DNA of 13,983 bases. Origin: an uncultured delta proteobacterium. GTDB taxonomy: Bacteria; Myxococcota_A; UBA9160; UBA4427. Every line of letters begins with the position of its first letter. The stretch's first letter is position 1. Of the stretch, positions 1 through 7,717 are shown piece by piece. The translations under genes and the position numbers were made by a program. The notes under the pieces are model-generated. The model saw only the letters and a list, made by a program, of their open reading frames with translations, did no database searches and had not been told where the DNA came from. The stretch covers positions 1 through 13,983 of the forward strand of contig CAWGJT010000003.1 of NCBI GenBank assembly GCA_963822965.1, given 5' to 3'.

Positions 1-38
1 CTTTTTTATGTAGCCTGAGAACAGTTCACCGTATTGCT
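1..38 (+). other. Probable residual Oxford Nanopore ligation adapter (sequencing artefact)
   Basis: AT-rich start, CTTTTTTATGTAGCCTGAGAACAGTTCACCGTATTGCT. It resembles the ONT adapter as recalled (T-run...TGTACTTCGTTCAGTTACGTATTGCT): T-run, TGTA, CAGTT and an exact 3' CGTATTGCT (30-38). GC-rich sequence follows. Confidence 0.75.
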
Positions 39-161
39 TTCGCTCTGCTTGAATCCAGGCTTCGGAACGGCGAGGACCACGTCGGGACCGACCCGGTAGT
101 ATGCCCCCGCTTCCGTCCCGGGGAGCAGCCCCCACTCCGGCTTGATCTCGAGTGCATTCAT
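39..161 (-). CDS. Hypothetical protein, N-terminal part only (truncated at the adapter/read end)
   Basis: ATG at 161 gives MNALEIKPEWGLLPGTEAGAYYRVGPDVVLAVPKPGFKQSE, which has protein-like composition unlike the Arg/Pro-rich upstream part of the 6..809 ORF. TAACCT lies 8 nt upstream. The apparent stop at 6-8 is inside the adapter-like sequence. Confidence 0.55.
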
Positions 162-376
162 GGGACGACAGGTTACCGGGGATCCAGGCTCGAGACCCAC
201 GCCCTCGCCGAGGGCCGAGCACGCGCATGCACCGCCCCCTGCTTGCGACCGGCACTGACGGAGCCCTCCCGGCCACGACACCATTATCCCACGATTCGGC
301 GAGCGAGAACAAGACTGGTTCTTCACCGCGGATGGCGCACGCTCCGGCCCCTTCGAACCGCCAACGAGAGTGCCGC

Positions 377-1597
377 ATGCCCTCGCCTCTGCGTCGACGT
401 CCCATCCACCGGACGCTCCTCGGTCGGATCCTCGAGGACCCTGAGCTGCTTCCCCAGGTCCGCGCGCTTCCGGCACCCGCCCTCCGCCAGGCCATCCTCC
501 AGGTGGGCCTGGAGGACGCCGGCGAGCTGGTCGCCCTCGCGAGCCTCGATCAGCTCCGGGAGGTCTTCGACGAGGATCTGTGGCGCAGCCCGCGGGCGGG
601 ACAGGACGAAGCCTTCGACGGCCCCCGCTTTGCGCTGTGGCTGGAGGTACTACTCGAGGCAGGGGGCGCATTCGTGGCCGACCGCCTGGCCGAGCTCTCC
701 GAGGACTTCGTGGTCTTCGCCTTCTCCCGGCTCGTCCGCGTGATCGACACCGCCGCGTTGGCGGCCTCGATCGCCGACGCCGACGAGGCCAACCTGCTGG
801 ACAAGGCACTCGACTCCCAGCTGTGTCAGGAGCTGGACGAGTACCTGGTCGTGTCCCGTCTCGAGGACGGATGGGACGCCGTGTGGACGACGCTGCTCGC
901 CCTGGACGAGCGCCACGCCCCGCTGCTCCGGCTGGTCCTGCACCGCTGCTGGCTGGCCACCCAGGAGCAGGTCGACCGGGCGGGCGGGCTCCACGCGGCG
1001 CTGAACGACGCGGAGCTGCTGCTCGAAGACGCCCGTGCCGAGCGTGAGGATCGCCGAGCCGAGAGCGGCTACGTCTCGCCGGGGGACGCGCGCGCCTTTC
1101 TGGCGCTCGCCTCCCAGCCGCCGGAGTCGCCCGAGCACGACCCGATCACCCGTGCCTACTTCCGCCACCGGAGCCCTGTCGCGGCGACGAGCAAGCTCCC
1201 CCCGGCCCCGCCGGGCGAGGGCCGCTCCGCACCCCTACGGCGGCTGCTGGCCGCCGCGGGCGTCGAGCCTCCGGCCACCACCACGCCGGCCCCCGCGCTC
1301 CCGCCGTTCCGCCAGGCCCTGGGCCAGCTCCTCGCTCGCGATCCCCAGACGCACCAGCGGGTGGTCGACGAGCTGGCGTACCTCGCGAACGCACTGGTCG
1401 CCGGCGACACGTCCCGCACCTGGAGTCCCGCCGAGGCGGCGGAGCACGTCCTGGGCGCATGCGACACGGGACTCCGTCTGCTCCTCGAACGGAGCCCCGC
1501 GGCCGACGATCCGACCTCGCTGCCGGAGACCCTCCAGCACTGGGGCGCCGTCGGGCTCTTCCGCATCGCGTGGTCCCAGCGTCAGGGGCCGACCTGA
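377..1597 (+). CDS. DUF6178-like protein, about 406 aa, function unknown
   Basis: Motifs GLEDAGELVALASLDQLREVFDEDLW, F..WLEVLLEAG, R..RRAESGYVSPGDARAFL and ELAYLANALVAG match my recollection of DUF6178 proteins. Start moved from 152 to ATG 377 because the earlier part is not protein-like. Confidence 0.75.
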   Translation: MPSPLRRRPIHRTLLGRILEDPELLPQVRALPAPALRQAILQVGLEDAGELVALASLDQLREVFDEDLWRSPRAGQDEAFDGPRFALWLEVLLEAGGAFVADRLAELSEDFVVFAFSRLVRVIDTAALAASIADADEANLLDKALDSQLCQELDEYLVVSRLEDGWDAVWTTLLALDERHAPLLRLVLHRCWLATQEQVDRAGGLHAALNDAELLLEDARAEREDRRAESGYVSPGDARAFLALASQPPESPEHDPITRAYFRHRSPVAATSKLPPAPPGEGRSAPLRRLLAAAGVEPPATTTPAPALPPFRQALGQLLARDPQTHQRVVDELAYLANALVAGDTSRTWSPAEAAEHVLGACDTGLRLLLERSPAADDPTSLPETLQHWGAVGLFRIAWSQRQGPT

Positions 1598-1667
1598 CGC
1601 GAAGGACAGACCTGCGCGGCAGCTGCCAGCGCCTCGACATCCAAGTGCTCCCCGTCGAGCAAATGGA

Positions 1668-1697
1668 TTGACCTCGTCCTGTGTCGCGGAATAGGAT
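1668..1697 (+). promoter_or_regulatory. Putative sigma70-type promoter
   Basis: TTGACC (1668-1673), 18-nt spacer, TAGGAT (1692-1697), in the intergenic region upstream of the PEP-CTERM genes. Confidence 0.4.
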
Positions 1698-1712
1698 CGA
1701 CGACATGTGTAG

Positions 1713-1919
1713 GAGGCCCTGGGGACGACGACCACGCACTTCCTCTTCGGGCCCGAGTGGCAGAACCTGGTCCTCGTCGAGCTCGACAGCGAAGGTCCCT
1801 TCGCGATGGACAACATCGAGTACGCGCTGCCCGAGGCCGCGCTCGGCAATCTGCTCGGGCTCGGACTCCTGGTCGCGGGTGGCTGGGGGCGGCATGCCCG
1901 TCGGCCGCCCTCGGGCTAG
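1713..1919 (+). pseudogene. 3' remnant of a PEP-CTERM-like gene (not in the ORF track)
   Basis: Open frame between TAG 1710-1712 and TAG 1917-1919: EALGTTTTHFLFGPEWQNLVLVELDSEGPFAMDNIEYA-LPE-AALGNLLGLGLLVAGGWG-RHARR-PPSG*. It has a degenerate PEP motif, a TM segment and a basic cluster, but no signal peptide. The only ATG is internal (1806). Confidence 0.6.
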
Positions 1920-1946
1920 CATCGCGTGGTCGTTCGGACAGATCTG

Positions 1947-2609
1947 ATGCGGATTCTCGACTGCCTCTCCGTCCTCGCAAGCGCGCTGCTCCTCGCCGGC
2001 CCCGCCGGCGCGACGACGGTGACCCTCTCCCAGGAGCAGCTCCTCGCAGCCGAGGAGATCACCGGCTTCTTCGGCGGCAACGGGCAGATCCTGAGCCGGA
2101 CCGCGGACGGCGACGGCGTCCTCTTCGAGATCGAGGGAGGCACGATCGACTACGGCAAGGTCGCCGCCCGGCTCCGGCTGGGAGGTGCCGACCTGACCGC
2201 CTACAGCGATTTCGGTCTGCACGTAGACGTCGTCTCCGCGCCGAACCCCATCGAGCTCAATGCCTTCATCCAGACCGGCATCACCGGGACGATCTTCCAC
2301 GAGGACGTTCCCGGTGAGTTCGGGCAGGGTGCCGTCTTCGACAGCGTCGTCCCGCTGCTCGACGTGGAGCAGCTCGACCAGACCTTCGCGCTCGGGTTCC
2401 AGTACTTCACCGCGAGCGGGGTCATCGATCCCCTCGCCCAGACCGTCCTGCTGCGGATCTCGCCGCTCGCGGGGGCCGAATACGCCGTTCCGGCCTCCGA
2501 CCCCAACCCCATGCCCGAGCCCACGACCGGGCTCCTGATGACGCTCGGCCTCGGTGCCCTGTGTCGACAGAGACACAGCGGCCGGCGCCGACGGAGACAC
2601 GGCGGCTGA
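1947..2609 (+). CDS. PEP-CTERM sorting domain protein, about 220 aa
   Basis: N-terminal signal peptide (MRILDCLSVLASALLLAGPAGA|TT). C-terminal MPEPTTGLLMTLGLGALC followed by RQRHSGRRRRR. Confidence 0.85.
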   Translation: MRILDCLSVLASALLLAGPAGATTVTLSQEQLLAAEEITGFFGGNGQILSRTADGDGVLFEIEGGTIDYGKVAARLRLGGADLTAYSDFGLHVDVVSAPNPIELNAFIQTGITGTIFHEDVPGEFGQGAVFDSVVPLLDVEQLDQTFALGFQYFTASGVIDPLAQTVLLRISPLAGAEYAVPASDPNPMPEPTTGLLMTLGLGALCRQRHSGRRRRRHGG

Positions 2610-2685
2610 GACCGACGGAGCGCGGAGCCCGAGCAAGCTCCCGCGGGCCGGAGCCCGGTGAAGAGGTTGCAGCTACCTTGCGGGC

Positions 2686-3360
2686 ATGTCCGATTCTCCG
2701 AACGAAGGCATGCGCCCCAGCGTCGTCGGGGACGAGTCCCGCTGGCCCGCCGCCCTCACCGTCTGCGCCGTACTCGCCGTACAGCTCCTGCTCGAGCGCG
2801 ACCTGTCGATCCAGCCTCGATGGCTGATGCCCGGAGCGCAGCTCGCCGTGGTCCTGGGGCTGCTGCTCGCGGATCCGGTCCGGCGCATCGAGCTCTTCCC
2901 GAAGTGGCCGCACCTGCACCTCGTCCCCGCGGCGCTGCTGAGCCTCGCCACCGCCGTGACGGTCTGGCACCTGCTGGACTCCCTGATCCACGGCTCGAGC
3001 CTGCCCGCGGTTCGTCTGCTCGCCGACGCCCTGGCCGTCTGGCTGTCGAGCGCCGTCGCGTTCTCCCTCTGGTACTGGGAGCTCGACGGTGGAGGGCCGG
3101 CGGCGCGCACGCTCCAGCCGACGAGCCGCTCCGTGGCCTTCCTGTTCCCGCAGCAGCTGTCGCCGCATCTCGCACCCGGCTGGCGGCCGACCTACCTCGA
3201 CTATCTGTACCTCTCCTTTACCAATCAGACGGCGTTCTCGCCGACGGACACCATGCCGCTCGCCCGCTGGGCCAAGGGCCTGATGACGGTCCAGGCCGTC
3301 ATCTCACTCGTGGTCGTGGCCCTGGTCGTCTCCCGCGCCGTCAACATCATGGCCAGCTGA
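2686..3360 (+). CDS. DUF1345-family integral membrane protein
   Basis: Several hydrophobic helices; signature FSLWYWELDGGGP...FLFPQ...W.PTYLDYLYLSFTNQTAFSPTDTMPLARWAKGLM. Confidence 0.8.
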   Translation: MSDSPNEGMRPSVVGDESRWPAALTVCAVLAVQLLLERDLSIQPRWLMPGAQLAVVLGLLLADPVRRIELFPKWPHLHLVPAALLSLATAVTVWHLLDSLIHGSSLPAVRLLADALAVWLSSAVAFSLWYWELDGGGPAARTLQPTSRSVAFLFPQQLSPHLAPGWRPTYLDYLYLSFTNQTAFSPTDTMPLARWAKGLMTVQAVISLVVVALVVSRAVNIMAS

Positions 3361-3460
3361 GACGCCCGCGCGCAGATCCGAGCGCGCTCTCGACTGCCGT
3401 CCGGGCGGGAGGAGCGTCCCGGCGTGCGCCCACCGCCGTCGTGCGCGAAGCTCCACCTCG

Positions 3461-4906
3461 ATGAAGCGCATCGGGTGTCTGACGGAGGTCCGGCCCGCGA
3501 CCCAGGCGATCGAGCGTTACCTGCCCGTCGTCGGGGAAGAGCGGGTGCGCACGCTGGAGAAGTGCGTCGGGCGCCTCGAGGAGGATCTGGGGGGCGCCTC
3601 GGTCTGGAACGTCAACTCCACCGCCGCCGGCGGCGGGGTGGCCGAAATGCTGCGGTCCCTGGTCGGCTATGCGCGGGGCGCGGGGGTCGACTGTCGCTGG
3701 ATGGTGATCGACGGCGATCCCGACTTCTTCCGGCTGACGAAGCGCATCCACCACGCCCTGCACGGATCGCCGGGGGACGGAGCGCCCCTCGACGACGCAG
3801 CGCGCGCTGCGTACGAAGCGACGCTTCGCCGCAACGCGGTCGACCTCCTCGCCGGCGTCGACCCCGGGGACATCGTCATCCTCCACGACCCGCAGACCGC
3901 CGGCCTGATCGAGCCCCTGCAGGAGGCGGGGGCTCACGTGGTCTGGCGTTGCCACGTCGGCCACGACCAGACCAACGGTGAGGTGAGCCAGGGCTGGGCA
4001 TTCCTCGCGCCCTATCTCGAGCGCGCAGAGGCGACGATCTTCTCGCGGGACACCTACGTCCCGGATTGCTGCGACGACGGTCGCGCGCGGGTGATCCGGC
4101 CCGGGATCGATCCCTTCTCGCCGAAGAACCAGGAGATGCACCCCGAGGTGGCCGCGGCGATCGCGATCGAGATCGGAATCCTCGAAGGTCCACTGCCCGC
4201 CGGCGTCGCTCCAACGTTCACGCGACCGGACGGATCGCCCGGTCGGGTCGAACACGCCGCCGACGTGCAGCGTCTCGGTCGCGCGGTTCCCCGGGACGTG
4301 CCGCTGGTCGCGCAGGTCTCCCGCTGGGATCTGCTGAAGGACCCGATCGGCGTGCTCGAGGGGTTCCGCATCCTGCTCGAGAGCCATCCGGGGCTCGATG
4401 CCGAGCTGCTGCTCGCCGGGCCGAACGTGACGGCCGTCGCCGACGATCCCGAAGGCGCGGAGGTGTACGAGTCGGTCGCGGCCACGTGGCGGGCCCTGCC
4501 GCACGCCATGCGCAAGCGGGTGCACCTCGCCATGCTCCCGATGACCGACGACGCGGAGAACGCCGCGATGGTGAACGCCATCCAGCGCTGCGCCCGGGTC
4601 ATCGTGCAGAAGAGCCTGCACGAAGGCTTCGGGCTCACCGTGACCGAGGCCATGTGGAAGAGCCGCCCCGTGCTCGCCAGCGCCGTCGGAGGCATCCAGG
4701 ACCAGATCGAGGACGGCGTCTCGGGCGTACTGCTCCGCGACCCGGCCGATCACGACGCGTTCGCGAATGCGCTCGACGAGCTGCTCTGCGATCCGGAGCG
4801 AGGCGAGTGCATCGGCGCTGCCGCACACCGGCGCGTCCGGGACGACTTCCTGGGAATCCGCCAGCTCGAAGACTACACCGGGCTGCTCGAAGACCTCCTG
4901 CAATAG
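3461..4906 (+). CDS. treT: TreT-like glycosyltransferring trehalose synthase (GT4)
   Basis: Motifs NVNSTAAGGGVAEML, TKRIHHALHG, ILHDPQTAGL, VWRCH, QVSRWDLLKDP and QKSLHEGFGLTVTEAMWK are characteristic of the TreT subfamily. The exact start is uncertain. Confidence 0.85.
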   Translation: MKRIGCLTEVRPATQAIERYLPVVGEERVRTLEKCVGRLEEDLGGASVWNVNSTAAGGGVAEMLRSLVGYARGAGVDCRWMVIDGDPDFFRLTKRIHHALHGSPGDGAPLDDAARAAYEATLRRNAVDLLAGVDPGDIVILHDPQTAGLIEPLQEAGAHVVWRCHVGHDQTNGEVSQGWAFLAPYLERAEATIFSRDTYVPDCCDDGRARVIRPGIDPFSPKNQEMHPEVAAAIAIEIGILEGPLPAGVAPTFTRPDGSPGRVEHAADVQRLGRAVPRDVPLVAQVSRWDLLKDPIGVLEGFRILLESHPGLDAELLLAGPNVTAVADDPEGAEVYESVAATWRALPHAMRKRVHLAMLPMTDDAENAAMVNAIQRCARVIVQKSLHEGFGLTVTEAMWKSRPVLASAVGGIQDQIEDGVSGVLLRDPADHDAFANALDELLCDPERGECIGAAAHRRVRDDFLGIRQLEDYTGLLEDLLQ

Positions 4907-4942
4907 GCGCGCGACCCGAAACGAAGTCTTGGGTCGCGCGCC
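4906..4942 (+). terminator. Strong stem-loop directly after the treT stop (terminator or mRNA-stabilising hairpin)
   Basis: Perfect 12-bp inverted repeat GGCGCGCGACCC (4906-4917) / GGGTCGCGCGCC (4931-4942); no U-tract. Confidence 0.55.
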
Positions 4943-4952
4943 CGCGCTCCCT

Positions 4953-4994
4953 CAGCCAGCGCAGTCGGGCCCGCCTTCGGGCCCGTGTTGGCTG
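4953..4994. repeat. Second intergenic hairpin (REP-like)
   Basis: Inner stem CGGGCCCG-cctt-CGGGCCCG and outer stem CAGCCAGCG / TGTTGGCTG (two G-U pairs), separated by a 4-nt bulge. Confidence 0.45.
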
Positions 4995-5054
4995 GCGTCG
5001 CGGGCAGGACGCTTCCGCTTGACGGCGCCCGTGCCCTCGTTCAGGATCGAATCC

Positions 5055-5684
5055 ATGGGGGCTTCCGCGAAGCGATCGCGCGCCTGGCGCGCGCTTGCCA
5101 TTCTGGCTGCCGGCCTGCTTCTGGCCGGCTGTGCGAGCGTGCGTCGCCTCGACTCGTCGGCGGATCTACCGGCTCTCGAGAAGAACGAAGGCGTCCTCGT
5201 CGTCCACATCGACACGAACGTTGCGCTCTCCAGCGTCGTCACCAGCGCGGGAACGGTCGCCACAGACTTGTCCGTGGGTGACCACGTATTCTTCGTCGCC
5301 GTCAAGTCCGGAACCTACAGCTGGACGAAGGTCTCCCGGAAGATCGCCTCGAACGAGTTCATCTGGCGTCTGGACGTGCCGTACGAGAGTCGGACGTTCG
5401 ATGTCGAGCCCGGCGCCATCAACTATCCAGGCATGCTCGTCGTGAGGAGGGGCCCCACCGCGAGCGCCTACGAGTTTGCGTACCGGAGCGATCTCCGGCT
5501 CGGTGCCCGCATTCTCAACCGCTCGGCGAAGACGCTCCTGGACCTGGAGCGCGAGCATCCATCCTGGCTCGCAGCCCTTCCGGTTCGCTACACGGGCCTC
5601 GCGCGGGACGACTTCCTGACGCGCTATTACGAGATTCGAGACCAGGCATCGCGCGCGGACCAAGCAACGGAAGCCGCCGAGTGA
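5055..5684 (+). CDS. Hypothetical lipoprotein, about 209 aa
   Basis: ATG 5055; basic n-region, hydrophobic h-region and lipobox LAG|C (Cys26); beta-rich mature part (GTYSWTKV, FDVEPGAINYPGML). Its stop overlaps the next start (GTGA). Confidence 0.8.
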   Translation: MGASAKRSRAWRALAILAAGLLLAGCASVRRLDSSADLPALEKNEGVLVVHIDTNVALSSVVTSAGTVATDLSVGDHVFFVAVKSGTYSWTKVSRKIASNEFIWRLDVPYESRTFDVEPGAINYPGMLVVRRGPTASAYEFAYRSDLRLGARILNRSAKTLLDLEREHPSWLAALPVRYTGLARDDFLTRYYEIRDQASRADQATEAAE

Positions 5685-7678
5685 CGCGAGCCCTCCCGCT
5701 CGTACTGGTTGCGGTCTCGATCGTCGGGGCGCCGCTCGGATCGAGCGCCGCGGGAAGAACGGGGGTTCGACCCGAGGTTCTCTGGCGGGAACCTTCCATC
5801 GGCTCCGTGTCGATCAGCCCCAACGGAGACTGGGTAGTCGGAGTCGCACAGCACGAGCGCACCTGGGGAGTCTTCGTCCAGCGACGGGGCCAGGCCATCC
5901 CGCGTCCCGTCTACGCCTCGAGGCAATCGGTCGCCTGGACGACGTGGGTGGGGCGCGACTCCCTCTTCATCCGTCACTCCTTCCAGGGCTCGGTAAGAGC
6001 CGTAGTCCTGCGGCTGCGGTTCGACGAGGGCAAGATCCTCCACGACACGATCGAGATCCAGAGCCCGGGCTGGTTGGTCGACCCCCTTCCGGACGAGGAC
6101 GAGTTCGTGCTGTGGGGCGATGCCTTCGACGGGAAGTACGCGGTCCGCCGCGGACCCGTCTCGGCCCTCGCCCTGGGACCGAGTCGAAAGAAGGCCCGCC
6201 GCTGGGTGGAAGGAGAGCTCGAGGTGGTCGCGAGCCAGCCGAATCCGGTCGTGCGCTGGGTGACGGACCGAAAGCACGTGGTTCGCGCCGCGCTCACCGT
6301 CGAGGGAAGGTGGAATCCGCACTGGGCGCTGCGCTATCGACGAGGTCCCGACGATGGCTGGCAGACGGCGTGGGAAGGGGATATCGAGGGCCCGGAGGAT
6401 CTGATCCCGGTCGGTATCACCCGGGACGACCGGCACCTGATCGTGCTCGCTTACGGCTCGCACGATACACGCGGGATGGAAGAGCTCGATCCGGAGTCCG
6501 GCGAGCTGGTGCGGGAGCTCTACCGCCGACCCGACGTCGACCTCTCCGACGTGCTCTTCGACTACGACGGCATCGACGTCATCGCCGTGGCCTACGACGA
6601 CGGGGGACAGCGCCGCTATCACTATTTCGACGAGTTTCGCGAGAAGCACCTTCCAGACACCGCAAAGCTGGCCCCCGGAGAGCGAGTAGCGGTCGCCAGC
6701 TCGAGCCGGGATCACCGCTTCTTCGCGCTCAGCGTTCACGGCGATCGCGAGCCCGGTGAATTCTACTTCCTCGACAAGGAGAGGAACGAGCTTGTCAAGC
6801 TCGGTCGCATCAACGACGCGATCCATCCGGAGAAGCTCGTACCCGTCCAGTGCCTCGAGGTCGTCTCGGCTGACGGTACGAAGCTCGAGGCCTACCTCGC
6901 GCGTCCGGATCGCGCCGACGGCAGGCCGCCTCCCCTCGTCGTGATCCCTCACGGCGGGCCGATCGGGGTCCGGGACTCGGGCTATTTCGATCCCCTGACC
7001 CAGTACCTGGCGACGGCCGGACTCGCCGTGCTCCGCGTCAACTATCGCGGATCCGCGGGGTTCGGCCGATCGTTCCTCGAGGCCGGCGCCAAGGAATGGG
7101 GACGCGGAATCGAGGACGACATCGACGCGGCCGTCGACGCCGTGATCGAGCGGGGATGGGTCGATCCCGCTCGCATGTGCATCGCGGGCGGGAGCTACGG
7201 CGGCTACTCGGCGGTGATGAGCACGATCCGCCGGCCCGATCGCTATCGGTGCGCGGTGACGATCAACGGGGTCAGCGATCTCCCGCTGATGATCTGGAAC
7301 GACTCCGCTGCACCCTGGGCGGCGCGGTGGCTCGTCGAGCACGTGGGCGATCCGAAGGAGGAGTTCGACCGTTTGATCGAGGTCTCTCCTGCGTACCACG
7401 TCGACCAGCTGAAGGCCCCCATCTTCATCATCCATGGCAGCGAGGATCAGCGGGTCGATCCGGAGCAGTCCTATCGGCTGCGAGCGATGATGGAGGCCCA
7501 GGGCAAGCCCTACGAGTGGCTCGAGATCCCCCATATGGAGCACTCCCCGTCCACCGTGCAGTGGCGCATGATCGGCTACGCGCTCAAGTGGTTCGTCCAA
7601 TGCCACCTGGGCGAGATCGACCCGCCCGAATCGCGAAAGTGGCACGGCCGCTCCTGCAAGCCGCTCCCGCGCGGCTGA
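5681..7678 (+). CDS. Secreted S9 (prolyl oligopeptidase family) peptidase
   Basis: Signal peptide, propeller-like N-terminal region, PHGGP, VNYRGSAGFG, nucleophile elbow GGSYGG, and candidate triad Asp (HGSEDQRV) and His (MEHS). Confidence 0.92.
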   Translation: MTRALPLVLVAVSIVGAPLGSSAAGRTGVRPEVLWREPSIGSVSISPNGDWVVGVAQHERTWGVFVQRRGQAIPRPVYASRQSVAWTTWVGRDSLFIRHSFQGSVRAVVLRLRFDEGKILHDTIEIQSPGWLVDPLPDEDEFVLWGDAFDGKYAVRRGPVSALALGPSRKKARRWVEGELEVVASQPNPVVRWVTDRKHVVRAALTVEGRWNPHWALRYRRGPDDGWQTAWEGDIEGPEDLIPVGITRDDRHLIVLAYGSHDTRGMEELDPESGELVRELYRRPDVDLSDVLFDYDGIDVIAVAYDDGGQRRYHYFDEFREKHLPDTAKLAPGERVAVASSSRDHRFFALSVHGDREPGEFYFLDKERNELVKLGRINDAIHPEKLVPVQCLEVVSADGTKLEAYLARPDRADGRPPPLVVIPHGGPIGVRDSGYFDPLTQYLATAGLAVLRVNYRGSAGFGRSFLEAGAKEWGRGIEDDIDAAVDAVIERGWVDPARMCIAGGSYGGYSAVMSTIRRPDRYRCAVTINGVSDLPLMIWNDSAAPWAARWLVEHVGDPKEEFDRLIEVSPAYHVDQLKAPIFIIHGSEDQRVDPEQSYRLRAMMEAQGKPYEWLEIPHMEHSPSTVQWRMIGYALKWFVQCHLGEIDPPESRKWHGRSCKPLPRG

Positions 7679-7717
7679 GCCGCTCCCGAACGCCAGGGCC
7701 GCGGTCGAACGCGAACG

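Noticed and set aside
1..38. Transposon end or terminator U-tract
   Set aside because: There is no partner inverted repeat or transposase, and the similarity to the ONT adapter explains it better.
152..376. N-terminal extensions in the ORF track (152; also 4767, 9260, 12374, 11470)
   Set aside because: The extensions are Arg/Pro-rich, overlap neighbouring genes or regulatory signals, and downstream ATGs fit signal peptides, SDs or family N-termini better.
1598..1946. Sigma54 (-24/-12) promoter, often associated with PEP-CTERM genes
   Set aside because: No convincing TGGCAC-N5-TTGC motif was found by eye.
1681..1947. 88-aa ORF (MCRRPWG... from ATG 1705)
   Set aside because: It is Ser/Arg-rich and looks off-frame; the overlapping frame gives a recognisable PEP-CTERM-like C-terminus.
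1146..2636. 496-aa minus-strand ORF
   Set aside because: It is an antisense shadow spanning three plus-strand coding segments and has no motifs.
3347..7645. Long antisense ORFs (3347..4903, 5627..7645) and alternative-frame ORFs (e.g. 4066..5022)
   Set aside because: These are typical shadow ORFs of high-GC genes and carry no recognisable motifs, while the opposite or overlapping frames encode clear proteins.
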